Shown piece by piece: positions 23,998-32,000 of a DNA stretch of 32,000 bases. Position numbers and translations under genes: made by a program. Within the stretch, counting starts at the first letter, position 1, and every line of letters starts with the position of its first letter. Location of the stretch: assembly GCF_000022265.1 (NCBI RefSeq), contig NC_011979.1:2070001-2102000 (forward strand), read 5' to 3'. Source of the stretch: Geotalea daltonii FRC-32 (GTDB taxonomy: Bacteria; Desulfobacterota; Desulfuromonadia; Geobacterales; Geobacteraceae). A model generated the notes under the pieces. The model did no database searches, had not been told where the DNA came from, and was given only the letters and a program-made list of their open reading frames with translations.

Positions 23998-25148
23998 AAG
24001 ATCAGGTCGCAAAATACCTTGGCAAGCTCCTTTCGGATCGTTCGGCATCTGCCGGGGAGATTGCTTTTGCCGCCCAGGACGATGTTCTGATCACCGAAGG
24101 TAATCCCCATCTGGCAAGACTTGCAGGAGATTCTCTCTCCCGCCTCAATTGTCTTGGCCTCGTTGCCGCCCGTCCTTCGCTCCCCTTTTCCGACTTTCTG
24201 GTGAGGCGCGCTCCCATGTCCGAGAGCCGCATCGTCCCCAATGACACTGAGACCCGCACCTTTCTCCATGATATCCCCTTCTTGCGCCGGTCCGAGTTGA
24301 GCGCTGAACCCAGCAGGCAGGTTACCCAACTTCTCGGCAATCGCAAGGGGATCATCATCGAGGGAATCGGCATAGTTGCCAGCGGTGCCGTTACCATCGA
24401 ACAGGCCTATATCAACTATTCCTCGGTTTTTCATTCGACTTTTGTCAAATATCTGCAAGATGTGCTGGATCGGGGTTTTATCTTTTCCGACGAAGAAGCG
24501 GCATTCACGGAGTTCCGGCGCAGCTGGCTGCATACCCTGACTGCAGAAGGACTGAGTTTTGCGGAAGCGCCACTCATCGGCGGCGAGGCGATTCTAGCGG
24601 AAGTGGAGCGGGTGGGGCGCTACACGGTGGAGCGGGGGCTGGTGGATTCCTTCTTTGGCAACATCTCGGTCCGGGATGGTGATGTCATCTATATCTCCCA
24701 GACCGCCGCCAGCCTGGATGAACTGGCCGGATGCATCGATCCGGTCCCCATGGACAATTCCTCTACCACCGGCATCACCGCCTCCAGCGAGCTTCTGGCC
24801 CACCGGCGCATTTACGATGAGACCGGCACGGCGGTCATCCTCCACGGTCATCCCAAGTTCGCCGTGGTCATGAGCATGCGCTGCGCAGAAAAAGGCTGCA
24901 GGATCAAGGACTGCTGGAAAGACTGTCCCAAGGTCCGCTTTCTCGGCGACACCCCGGTGGTGGCCGGCGAAATCGGCGCAGGCGGCCTGGCCAAAAGGGT
25001 GCCGCCGGTGATCGGCACACCTGGCAAGGCCATTGTATACGGCCATGGGGTCTTTACCACCGGCCGCGATTTCGGCGAAGCCTTCCGCGCCATGGTGCAG
25101 GTGGAGAACTGGTGCCGGGAAGAGTATTTCCGGTTGCTGGGGGAGTAG
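23994..25148 (+). CDS. Two-domain class II aldolase/adducin-family protein (degenerate N-terminal half, intact C-terminal half with a Cys-rich insert)
   Basis: The C-terminal half reads LVDSFFGNISVRDGDVIYISQTAASL...ASSELLAHRRIY...ILHGHPKF...VYGHGVFTTGRDFGEAF, matching the class II aldolase fold. TTG start at 23994 overlaps the aor TGA (TTGA), with GGAG 8 nt upstream. The next in-frame Met is residue 75. Confidence 0.7.
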   Translation: MKDQVAKYLGKLLSDRSASAGEIAFAAQDDVLITEGNPHLARLAGDSLSRLNCLGLVAARPSLPFSDFLVRRAPMSESRIVPNDTETRTFLHDIPFLRRSELSAEPSRQVTQLLGNRKGIIIEGIGIVASGAVTIEQAYINYSSVFHSTFVKYLQDVLDRGFIFSDEEAAFTEFRRSWLHTLTAEGLSFAEAPLIGGEAILAEVERVGRYTVERGLVDSFFGNISVRDGDVIYISQTAASLDELAGCIDPVPMDNSSTTGITASSELLAHRRIYDETGTAVILHGHPKFAVVMSMRCAEKGCRIKDCWKDCPKVRFLGDTPVVAGEIGAGGLAKRVPPVIGTPGKAIVYGHGVFTTGRDFGEAFRAMVQVENWCREEYFRLLGE

Positions 25149-25156
25149 TAGGAGCG

Positions 25157-26725
25157 ATGTCCGAGAAAAAAAACATCGTCAGGGCCGCCGGGGTGCTCGG
25201 TTTCGCCACCATCCTCTCGCGCATCATGGGCATGGTGCGAGACATGGTGCAGTCGCGGCTGTTCGGTGCCGGTTTTGCCACCGATGCTTTTATTGCCGCC
25301 TACCAGATCCCCAACATGCTGCGGCGCTTTTTTGCCGAGGGTGCTCTTACCTCTGCCTTTGTGCCGACTTTTTCCGAATGGTACACCCAGAAGGGGGAGG
25401 AAGAGGCCCGGGCGCTGGCCAATGTCTGCTTTACTCTGCTGATTGTTGTCATGGCCGTCGTCACCCTGCTTGGGGTCGTCTTTTCCCCGCTGATCGTCAA
25501 TCTCATGTTTCCCGGCTTCAAGGCCGAGCCCTCCAAGCTGGAGCTGACCATCCTTCTCAACCGGCTGATGTTTCCCTATATATTCCTGGTCAGCCTGGTT
25601 GCCCTGTGCATGGGGATATTGAACACCGTACGCCATTTTTTCACCCCCGCCATCTCCACGGTTTTCCTCAATATTTCCGTCATTCTCTGCGCTGTTTTTC
25701 TGCACAGCCGCTTCCAGGTGCCCATCGTATCTCTTGCCGTCGGTGTTTTGCTCGGCGGATTGCTGCAACTGCTCCTGCAATTGCCGGTTCTCTACCGCAA
25801 AGGGTTTCCCATCCGCCTCCGCTTCGACTTCCGCCATCCGGCAGTGCGCCGGATCGCCCTTCTCATGGGGCCGTCCATATTCGGCGTCGGTGTCTATTAC
25901 CTGAACATTACCGTGGGGGCGATCCTGGCCTCCTACCTTCCCCAGGGGAGCGTTTCCTACCTCTACTATGCCCAGCGGCTTTTTGAATTTCCCCAGGGGA
26001 TTTTCACGGTTTCGGTGGCCCAGGCGGTGCTTCCCTCCATGAGCAGGCAGGCTGCTGCCGGCGATATGGAGGCGTTGAAGGAATCCCTGGCCTTTGGCCT
26101 GAAACTGACCCTCTTTATCACCATTCCTGCCATGGCAGGCTTGATGCTTTGTTCCACCCCAATTTTTTCCCTACTTTTCATGGGGGGCGCCTTCGATTAC
26201 GCAAAGGCAGAGCAGTGCGGCGTGGCCCTTCTTTACTATTCCCTGGGGCTTTCCTTTGTGGCCATGGTCAGGGTGCTGGTGCCCGCCTTTTATGCCTTGA
26301 AAGACACCAGAACTCCTGTGGTGACTGCTTTTATCGCCTTTATTCTAAATCTCTGCTTCAGTCTGCTGCTAATGGGGCCGCTCAGACACGGCGGGTTGGC
26401 GCTGGCTTCCAGCCTCTCCGCCCTTGGTAACATGGTGCTGCTTATCTGGTTTCTGCGGAAAAAGATTGGTTCCTTCGGCGGGAAAAGCATCCTGGTCGCG
26501 GCGGGGAAGGCCGCTGTGGCATCTGTTCCCATGGCCTTTGCCGTTTACTGGTTCATGACCCTTGCGGACTGGTCCAGGCATGGGAACAAAATATCCAAGG
26601 GCCTTGTCCTGGGCGGTGCGGTTGCTGCGGGAATTATTCTATACTATGCCTTTGCCCATCTGCTGCGGTGCGAAGAGGCCCGCGAGGCAACACGGCTCGT
26701 GCGCCGGAAGGTTTTGAAACGATGA
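25157..26725 (+). CDS. murJ: Lipid II flippase MurJ (MviN)
   Basis: MSEKKNIVRAAGVLGFATILSRIMGMVRDMV...FGAGFATDAFIAAYQIPNMLRRFFAEGAL is the canonical MurJ N-terminus. Polytopic membrane protein. AGGAG upstream of ATG 25157 (the ORF-track start 25112 overlaps the previous gene). Confidence 0.9.
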   Translation: MSEKKNIVRAAGVLGFATILSRIMGMVRDMVQSRLFGAGFATDAFIAAYQIPNMLRRFFAEGALTSAFVPTFSEWYTQKGEEEARALANVCFTLLIVVMAVVTLLGVVFSPLIVNLMFPGFKAEPSKLELTILLNRLMFPYIFLVSLVALCMGILNTVRHFFTPAISTVFLNISVILCAVFLHSRFQVPIVSLAVGVLLGGLLQLLLQLPVLYRKGFPIRLRFDFRHPAVRRIALLMGPSIFGVGVYYLNITVGAILASYLPQGSVSYLYYAQRLFEFPQGIFTVSVAQAVLPSMSRQAAAGDMEALKESLAFGLKLTLFITIPAMAGLMLCSTPIFSLLFMGGAFDYAKAEQCGVALLYYSLGLSFVAMVRVLVPAFYALKDTRTPVVTAFIAFILNLCFSLLLMGPLRHGGLALASSLSALGNMVLLIWFLRKKIGSFGGKSILVAAGKAAVASVPMAFAVYWFMTLADWSRHGNKISKGLVLGGAVAAGIILYYAFAHLLRCEEAREATRLVRRKVLKR

Positions 26726-27279
26726 GAAAACCAGCCAGGCCATCGGCGCAATATTTCTCCCTGTACAGCTCCCCCATGGGTTCGGGGGGCGTCGTGGCCG
26801 GTGCTGCCGGCCTCATTGAGGTTTTTCTTCCTTTTGCCGGGGGAAATAGGGCTGAAATGCATGCCCATATCGGGAAGCTTCATCCCGGAACACGCTGCAG
26901 CAATGAATTGACGGAAAGATGTGCCGCCCTTCTGCAGCGATACTTTGCCGGAGAGCGGGTGGAGTTCCCCCTGGAACTGGACAAGACCGGATTCACTCCC
27001 TTCCAGACCCGCGTCTACGAATTGGTTGCTGCCATTCCCTATGGATGCGTCAAAACCTACGCGCAGGTCGCTGCCGAAATGGGATGCAAGGGGGCCGCAA
27101 GGGGCGTTGGTACTGCCATGGCCCGCAATCCTTTGCCCATCATCATACCCTGTCATCGCATCGTGGGAGCTTCAGGCACAATGACAGGGTATTCTGCTGC
27201 CGGAGGCATCTCCTCGAAAAGGATCCTCTTGATGATGGAAGGAATTTCGCTGGATGCGAAGGGGCGGGTGGTGTCGTAA
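26722..27279 (+). CDS. ogt: Methylated-DNA--protein-cysteine methyltransferase
   Basis: Active-site PCHRIV motif and a preceding helix-turn-helix region (YGCVKTYAQVAAEMG...ARGVGTAMARNPLPIIIPCHRIVG). ATGA overlap with the murJ stop. Confidence 0.9.
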   Translation: MRKPARPSAQYFSLYSSPMGSGGVVAGAAGLIEVFLPFAGGNRAEMHAHIGKLHPGTRCSNELTERCAALLQRYFAGERVEFPLELDKTGFTPFQTRVYELVAAIPYGCVKTYAQVAAEMGCKGAARGVGTAMARNPLPIIIPCHRIVGASGTMTGYSAAGGISSKRILLMMEGISLDAKGRVVS

Positions 27280-27328
27280 AAATGGGTTTTGCTTAATTAT
27301 TGTTATAAACATGCAGATAAATAGATTC

Positions 27329-27342
27329 TGGAAAATTTTCCA
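27329..27342. promoter_or_regulatory. Perfect 14-bp palindrome TGGAAAATTTTCCA in the AT-rich convergent spacer
   Basis: Read directly from the sequence. The function is unknown. Confidence 0.3.
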
Positions 27343-27477
27343 TCAGCATCAGAATGATGTTTACATTGTAAAAAAAAGCATGATGAAGTGGTAAATAATT
27401 GTTTTTATGGTGGAAAAAACACTGCGTAAAAAATATGCAGATTGCAGAAAGGCTTTGAAAAGTATCAATTTATGGTT

Positions 27478-27523
27478 TTGTCCACAAGTTTATTCACAGA
27501 TTATCCACAGAATTTGTGGAAAA
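27478..27523. promoter_or_regulatory. Cluster of four DnaA-box-like 9-mers
   Basis: TTGTCCACA (27478-27486), TTATTCACA (27490-27498) and a perfect TTATCCACA (27501-27509) lie on the plus strand. TTTTCCACA lies on the minus strand (27515-27523). The three direct boxes are spaced 12 and 11 bp apart, start to start. Confidence 0.6.
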
Positions 27524-27552
27524 TCTGTTACAACGTTGAAAAATCGTAACAA

Positions 27553-28353
27553 TTATTGTTTCCCCTCCCCCCGTTCTTTTCTTTTTGCCTCCTCCCAGAG
27601 CTTGTCCATTTCTTCCAGGCTTGCTTCCTGCATGGTCACTCCCGATGCATGGAGGGTGTCTTCGATGTGGTTGAAGCGGCAAATAAAACGATTAATGGTT
27701 TTTCGCAGTGCTTCCTCCGTATCAAGGGATAGGAACCGACCAAGATTGACAATGGCGAACAGCAGATCCCCCAGTTCCGCCTCCATTCGCTCCTGATTCC
27801 CATCGGCCAGGGTCTCCTGAAATTCATGGAGCTCTTCAAGCACCTTGGCAAAGACCTGATCCGTATATTCCCAGTCAAATCCCACCCGGGCAGCTTTTTC
27901 GGTGACCTTGTGGGCCTTCATCAGCGCCGGCAGGTGAGGGGGGATGCCCGACAGTGCTGATTTCCGCTCTTCGCCTTTCTCCGCTTTCTTGATTCGCTCC
28001 CAGTTCGCCACCTGTTCGTCGGCGCTTTTTACGATCTGATCGCCAAACACATGGGGGTGGCGGCGGATCAGTTTTTCGTTGACGGTATCCAGCACGTCGT
28101 CAATGGTGAATTCGCCGCATTCCTCGGCAATGGCCGCATGGAAAACCGGCTGCAGCATGAGATCGCCCAATTCTTCTTTCAGGTTGACGGGATCCTTTGC
28201 GTCAATCGCCTCTAATACCTCATAACATTCCTCCACCAGGTAGCGCTTGAGGGACTCGTGGGTCTGTTCCGCATCCCAGGGACACCCACCGGGAGCCCGC
28301 AGTCTCCGCATTATCTCGATCAGTCGGTCAAAGCCTTTTTTTCCTTCGTTCAT
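27553..28353 (-). CDS. mazG: Nucleoside triphosphate pyrophosphohydrolase MazG (tandem MazG domains)
   Basis: FDRLIEIMRRLRAPGGCPWDAEQTHESLKRYLVEECYEVLEAID, plus a second MazG repeat (FAKVLEELHEFQE...ELGDLLF). ATG 28353 has GGAGAG upstream (the ORF track starts at 28386). Confidence 0.9.
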   Translation of the reverse strand: MNEGKKGFDRLIEIMRRLRAPGGCPWDAEQTHESLKRYLVEECYEVLEAIDAKDPVNLKEELGDLMLQPVFHAAIAEECGEFTIDDVLDTVNEKLIRRHPHVFGDQIVKSADEQVANWERIKKAEKGEERKSALSGIPPHLPALMKAHKVTEKAARVGFDWEYTDQVFAKVLEELHEFQETLADGNQERMEAELGDLLFAIVNLGRFLSLDTEEALRKTINRFICRFNHIEDTLHASGVTMQEASLEEMDKLWEEAKRKERGEGKQ

Positions 28354-28611
28354 GGAGTCTCTCCGTTTCACTTTATTCCAGCCCACCTTATCATGGCGGT
28401 GATTGCAGCTGCAAGTGCGTCATTTTCGGGCGAATTCCCAGTGGAGTTTCAAGTGACTGATTTTAGAGGATTTAAGGGATTGCGGAAGGGGACCGGCCGG
28501 GCCGGTATGGACCCGACATCGGGTCGAATTGCTATAGATGTCCGTAGAAAACGGACTTTAACAGGGATAACCTCGACTCATCGGTAACGAATACCGCTCA
28601 AGGAGAGAGAC

Positions 28612-29154
28612 ATGAAAAAATTGATGGCAAGTCAGTTATTGGCGGTGGTGGTTATTTTCGGCGGCGCGACAGCCCACGCGGGAAATGTGGGGGTGGGTCT
28701 GAACATCCACCTGGGGGACCGGTACCGGACAGCGAGCGTCAGGGAATATGCCTATGGGGAGCCGGTGCCTACCCCGGTGGTGATCGAGTATCCGGCGGTA
28801 GAGCGGATCAGATTCGTCTACCCTGAGCGGTTGGGATTCCAGGTGGCTGTTGGCGTTCCTTACGACCTGTGCCGCGTAGGGAACAGCTATTACCTGTTCC
28901 GTGACGGTTACTGGCTGAAGGCGCGCAGCGGTCGTGGACCATGGGTTGCCCAAAGCTTCCGGGATCTCCCATGGGAACTGCGCAGGCAGAGGATTGAGCG
29001 CATTCGCTCCTACGGGCAGTGGCGGCAAGGGGACATGGTGGCCTATGGAGAGCGCTCCAGCGACCGGGATGGCGATTGTGACCACCGGGGTCGCCATGAC
29101 CGTGAAATGGAACAGCGGGAGGAAGGACGGCCGGGGATGGCGCGATGGAGATGA
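28612..29154 (+). CDS. Secreted hypothetical protein with an Arg/Asp/Glu-rich C-terminal tail
   Basis: 180 aa. Signal peptide ending AHA. AAGGAGAGAGA Shine-Dalgarno sequence. I recognise no family. Confidence 0.6.
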   Translation: MKKLMASQLLAVVVIFGGATAHAGNVGVGLNIHLGDRYRTASVREYAYGEPVPTPVVIEYPAVERIRFVYPERLGFQVAVGVPYDLCRVGNSYYLFRDGYWLKARSGRGPWVAQSFRDLPWELRRQRIERIRSYGQWRQGDMVAYGERSSDRDGDCDHRGRHDREMEQREEGRPGMARWR

Positions 29155-29186
29155 GGTGTCTGCATTGGTGACTCAGGCAGCAATCG

Positions 29187-29210
29187 GAGCCCGTGAAAAC
29201 GGGCTCTTTT
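29187..29210 (+). terminator. Rho-independent terminator after the hypothetical gene
   Basis: GAGCCCG-(TGAAAA)-CGGGCTC followed by TTTT. It lies between convergent gene ends (the tgt stop is at 29216). Confidence 0.8.
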
Positions 29211-29215
29211 GTACC

Positions 29216-30325
<1,110 letters not shown>

Positions 30326-30567
30326 TTATCACTTCCGGGTAACTAATTTAAATACCTAATTGAATTAACAGAATGGCTGCTAAAATGCAACCAGACAACG
30401 GGTCGCAGAGAAAAAATAGCTGTTAAAAAGGGATAATTTTGGTTGCTTTTTTATAAAACGACGTTTAGTATACAGTATACATTTCCTAAGTATTATAAAT
30501 TTTTAATATTTTGTCCGATTAAGTACATTGTCCATTGTTTTTTAATTTATTTAGAAGGAGGTAGGTT

Positions 30568-30606
30568 ATGCTCACCGGCACAGAATGGCGCGCACCCCCT
30601 TCGTAG
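30568..30606 (+). CDS. Candidate 12-codon mini-ORF (MLTGTEWRAPPS) with a near-perfect Shine-Dalgarno sequence, upstream of frdC
   Basis: GAAGGAGGT at 30554-30562, 5 nt before ATG 30568, with TAG at 30604-30606. It has no other support. Confidence 0.25.
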   Translation: MLTGTEWRAPPS

Positions 30607-30731
30607 TTCACGTTTCCATTTCTTCCGGCTGCGATTTAAAAACGGATAGAAAGGGATGCCCGGCAATTTAGCAAAAGGGTTCCTCATACCCCTCAGTAAC
30701 TCTTTTCCAATTCATTCAAAGGGACTAAATT

Positions 30732-31412
30732 ATGGAATTTTTTAAAAACTCTGTGGGAAGAAAGATTTTGATGTCGATTACTGGTCAGTTGCTGATCATT
30801 TTTGTAATCGTCCATATGATCGGCAACTCCTCAATTTTTCTGGGTGCCGACGGAATCAACGCATATGCGAAGCATCTTCATGACCTGCCACCCCTGGTCT
30901 GGATTTTCAGGCTGGTGATGCTGACCGCTGTGGCTATCCACATCATCTATGGCATTCAGGTTACCCTCGAGAACAACAAGGCCAATGCAAAGGGGTATGC
31001 AGTACAGAATCATCTGAAAGCAACTTTCGCTTCAAAGAACATGATCTGGACAGGCATCTTGATTGGCGCATTCGTCATCTATCACTTGCTTCATTTCACT
31101 CTTCATATTACCAATCCTGAAATCTCTGCTGGAGTTGCCGCCAACTTTGATGCACTGCAGAGACCTGACGTGTTCAAGATGGTCGTACTCAGCTTCCAGA
31201 AGGGCCTTATTGCTCTCATCTATGCTGCTGCAATGGTTATTCTTTTCCTTCATCTCAGCCATGGCATCCAGAGCTTCTTGCAGACAATGGGCTGGAACAA
31301 TGACAAGACTCGTCCTGTCTTCTCTACTGTCGGCAAGGTTATATCCGGCATTCTGCTGGTAGGATACGTCTCCATTCCATTGGTCATCTTAACCGGATTA
31401 TTGAAACTTTAG
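30732..31412 (+). CDS. frdC: Succinate dehydrogenase / fumarate reductase dihaem cytochrome b membrane subunit (type B, five TM helices)
   Basis: 226 aa. N-terminus ...[30 protein letters not shown] has conserved His residues in TM helices. It is followed directly by the flavoprotein subunit. Confidence 0.85.
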   Translation: MEFFKNSVGRKILMSITGQLLIIFVIVHMIGNSSIFLGADGINAYAKHLHDLPPLVWIFRLVMLTAVAIHIIYGIQVTLENNKANAKGYAVQNHLKATFASKNMIWTGILIGAFVIYHLLHFTLHITNPEISAGVAANFDALQRPDVFKMVVLSFQKGLIALIYAAAMVILFLHLSHGIQSFLQTMGWNNDKTRPVFSTVGKVISGILLVGYVSIPLVILTGLLKL

Positions 31413-31422
31413 GGGGTTCATA

Positions 31423-32000
31423 GTGATACTCGACGGAAAATGTCCGCAAGGACCGATTGAAAAAACATGGGACAAGCACCGCTTTGATCTGAAGCTGGTC
31501 AATCCCGCCAATAAGAGAAAGTATACGGTTATCATGGTGGGTACCGGTCTGGCCGGTGGCGCTGCTGCTGCATCTTTGGGCGAACTTGGTTACAACGTTA
31601 TGGCTTTCTGCTACCAGGATAGCCCGCGCCGCGCCCACTCCATCGCGGCTCAAGGCGGAATCAATGCTGCAAAGGCATATCCCAATGACGGCGACTCTAT
31701 CTACAGACTCTTTTACGACACCATCAAAGGTGGCGACTTCCGTGCCCGTGAGGCTGACGTTTGGCGTCTTGCCCAGGTATCCAATAATATCATCGACCAG
31801 TGCGTTGCCCAAGGCGTGCCCTTTGCACGTGATTACGCCGGTTACCTTGACAACCGCTCCTTCGGTGGTGCCCAGGTTTCGCGTACCTTTTACGCCCGAG
31901 GCCAGACAGGTCAGCAGCTCCTTCTTGGCGCGTACTCTGCACTTTCCCGCCAGATCAAGGCTGGCACGGTGAAGATGTACAACCGTCGCGAAATGCTTGA
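31423..32000 (+). CDS. frdA: Succinate dehydrogenase / fumarate reductase flavoprotein subunit, N-terminal part (runs off the window)
   Basis: This ORF is not in the ORF track because it has no stop in the window. GTG 31423 has AGGGGG 6 nt upstream. My translation is [59 protein letters not shown]...[17 protein letters not shown]...[21 protein letters not shown], which shows FAD-binding and SdhA/FrdA signatures. Confidence 0.9.
   Translation, partial: MILDGKCPQGPIEKTWDKHRFDLKLVNPANKRKYTVIMVGTGLAGGAAAASLGELGYNVMAFCYQDSPRRAHSIAAQGGINAAKAYPNDGDSIYRLFYDTIKGGDFRAREADVWRLAQVSNNIIDQCVAQGVPFARDYAGYLDNRSFGGAQVSRTFYARGQTGQQLLLGAYSALSRQIKAGTVKMYNRREML

Noticed and set aside
27280-27552. The chromosomal replication origin (oriC) as an interpretation of the DnaA-box cluster and its AT-rich flank
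   Set aside because: - The roughly 19 kb to the left is an unbroken run of plus-strand genes, including accD, lptD and murJ, all pointing toward the site. That is the opposite of the divergent, co-directional-with-replication pattern expected at an origin.
- No dnaA, dnaN, gidA or parAB genes are nearby.
- I saw no obvious repeated 13-mer/DnaA-trio unwinding element.
- It is kept as a datA/DARS-like candidate instead. A whole-genome GC-skew plot would settle the question.
27407-27796. A 129-aa ORF starting in the AT-rich ogt-mazG spacer
   Set aside because: It runs antisense into mazG and has no Shine-Dalgarno sequence. The translation is Lys/Arg/Ser/Cys-rich with no motif. It is most likely an artefact of AT-rich DNA plus the mazG shadow frame.
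28387-28611. A preQ1 riboswitch near tgt (queuosine pathway)
   Set aside because: No match to the short preQ1-I/II consensus that I can recall. The region also precedes an unrelated secreted protein rather than a queuosine biosynthesis or transport gene.

Overview
This window looks like core chromosome from a Geobacter/Desulfuromonadales-type (Desulfobacterota) anaerobe; that assignment is inferred from gene content only. It holds about 26 protein-coding genes. I found no rRNA, tRNA, CRISPR array, transposase or integrase.

Gene content, left to right:
- 3' end of trpB, an SLT-domain lipoprotein and an ABC-F ATPase (uup-like).
- An accessory-looking cytochrome locus at 3.8-9.9 kb. It has two paralogous decahaem lipoprotein cytochromes on the minus strand. 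Divergent from them are a fused monohaem-cytochrome/beta-barrel outer-membrane protein (Cyc2-like) and a small periplasmic monohaem cytochrome.
- A very long methyl-accepting chemotaxis protein, then trpA-accD-folC-lptD-rfbB-rfbD.
- A split PMI-cupin / nhaA / GDP-mannose pyrophosphorylase arrangement.
- A tungsten-type aldehyde:ferredoxin oxidoreductase, translationally coupled to an unusual two-domain class II aldolase-like protein.
- murJ and ogt, converging on mazG; then a secreted hypothetical protein, tgt, and the start of frdCAB.

Most interesting items:
1. The cytochrome locus. Its architecture mixes a Cyc2-type fused cytochrome-porin with large surface-type multihaem lipoproteins, and it sits inside a split trpB...trpA pair.
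2. Four DnaA-box-like 9-mers, helically phased, in an AT-rich spacer between two convergent genes. This looks more like a datA/DARS-type site than oriC.
3. A 27-bp-arm inverted repeat built from GTTCGAN heptamers. It runs from the manC stop codon to 5 nt before the aor start.

All functional calls come from reading motifs by eye. No database search was run.
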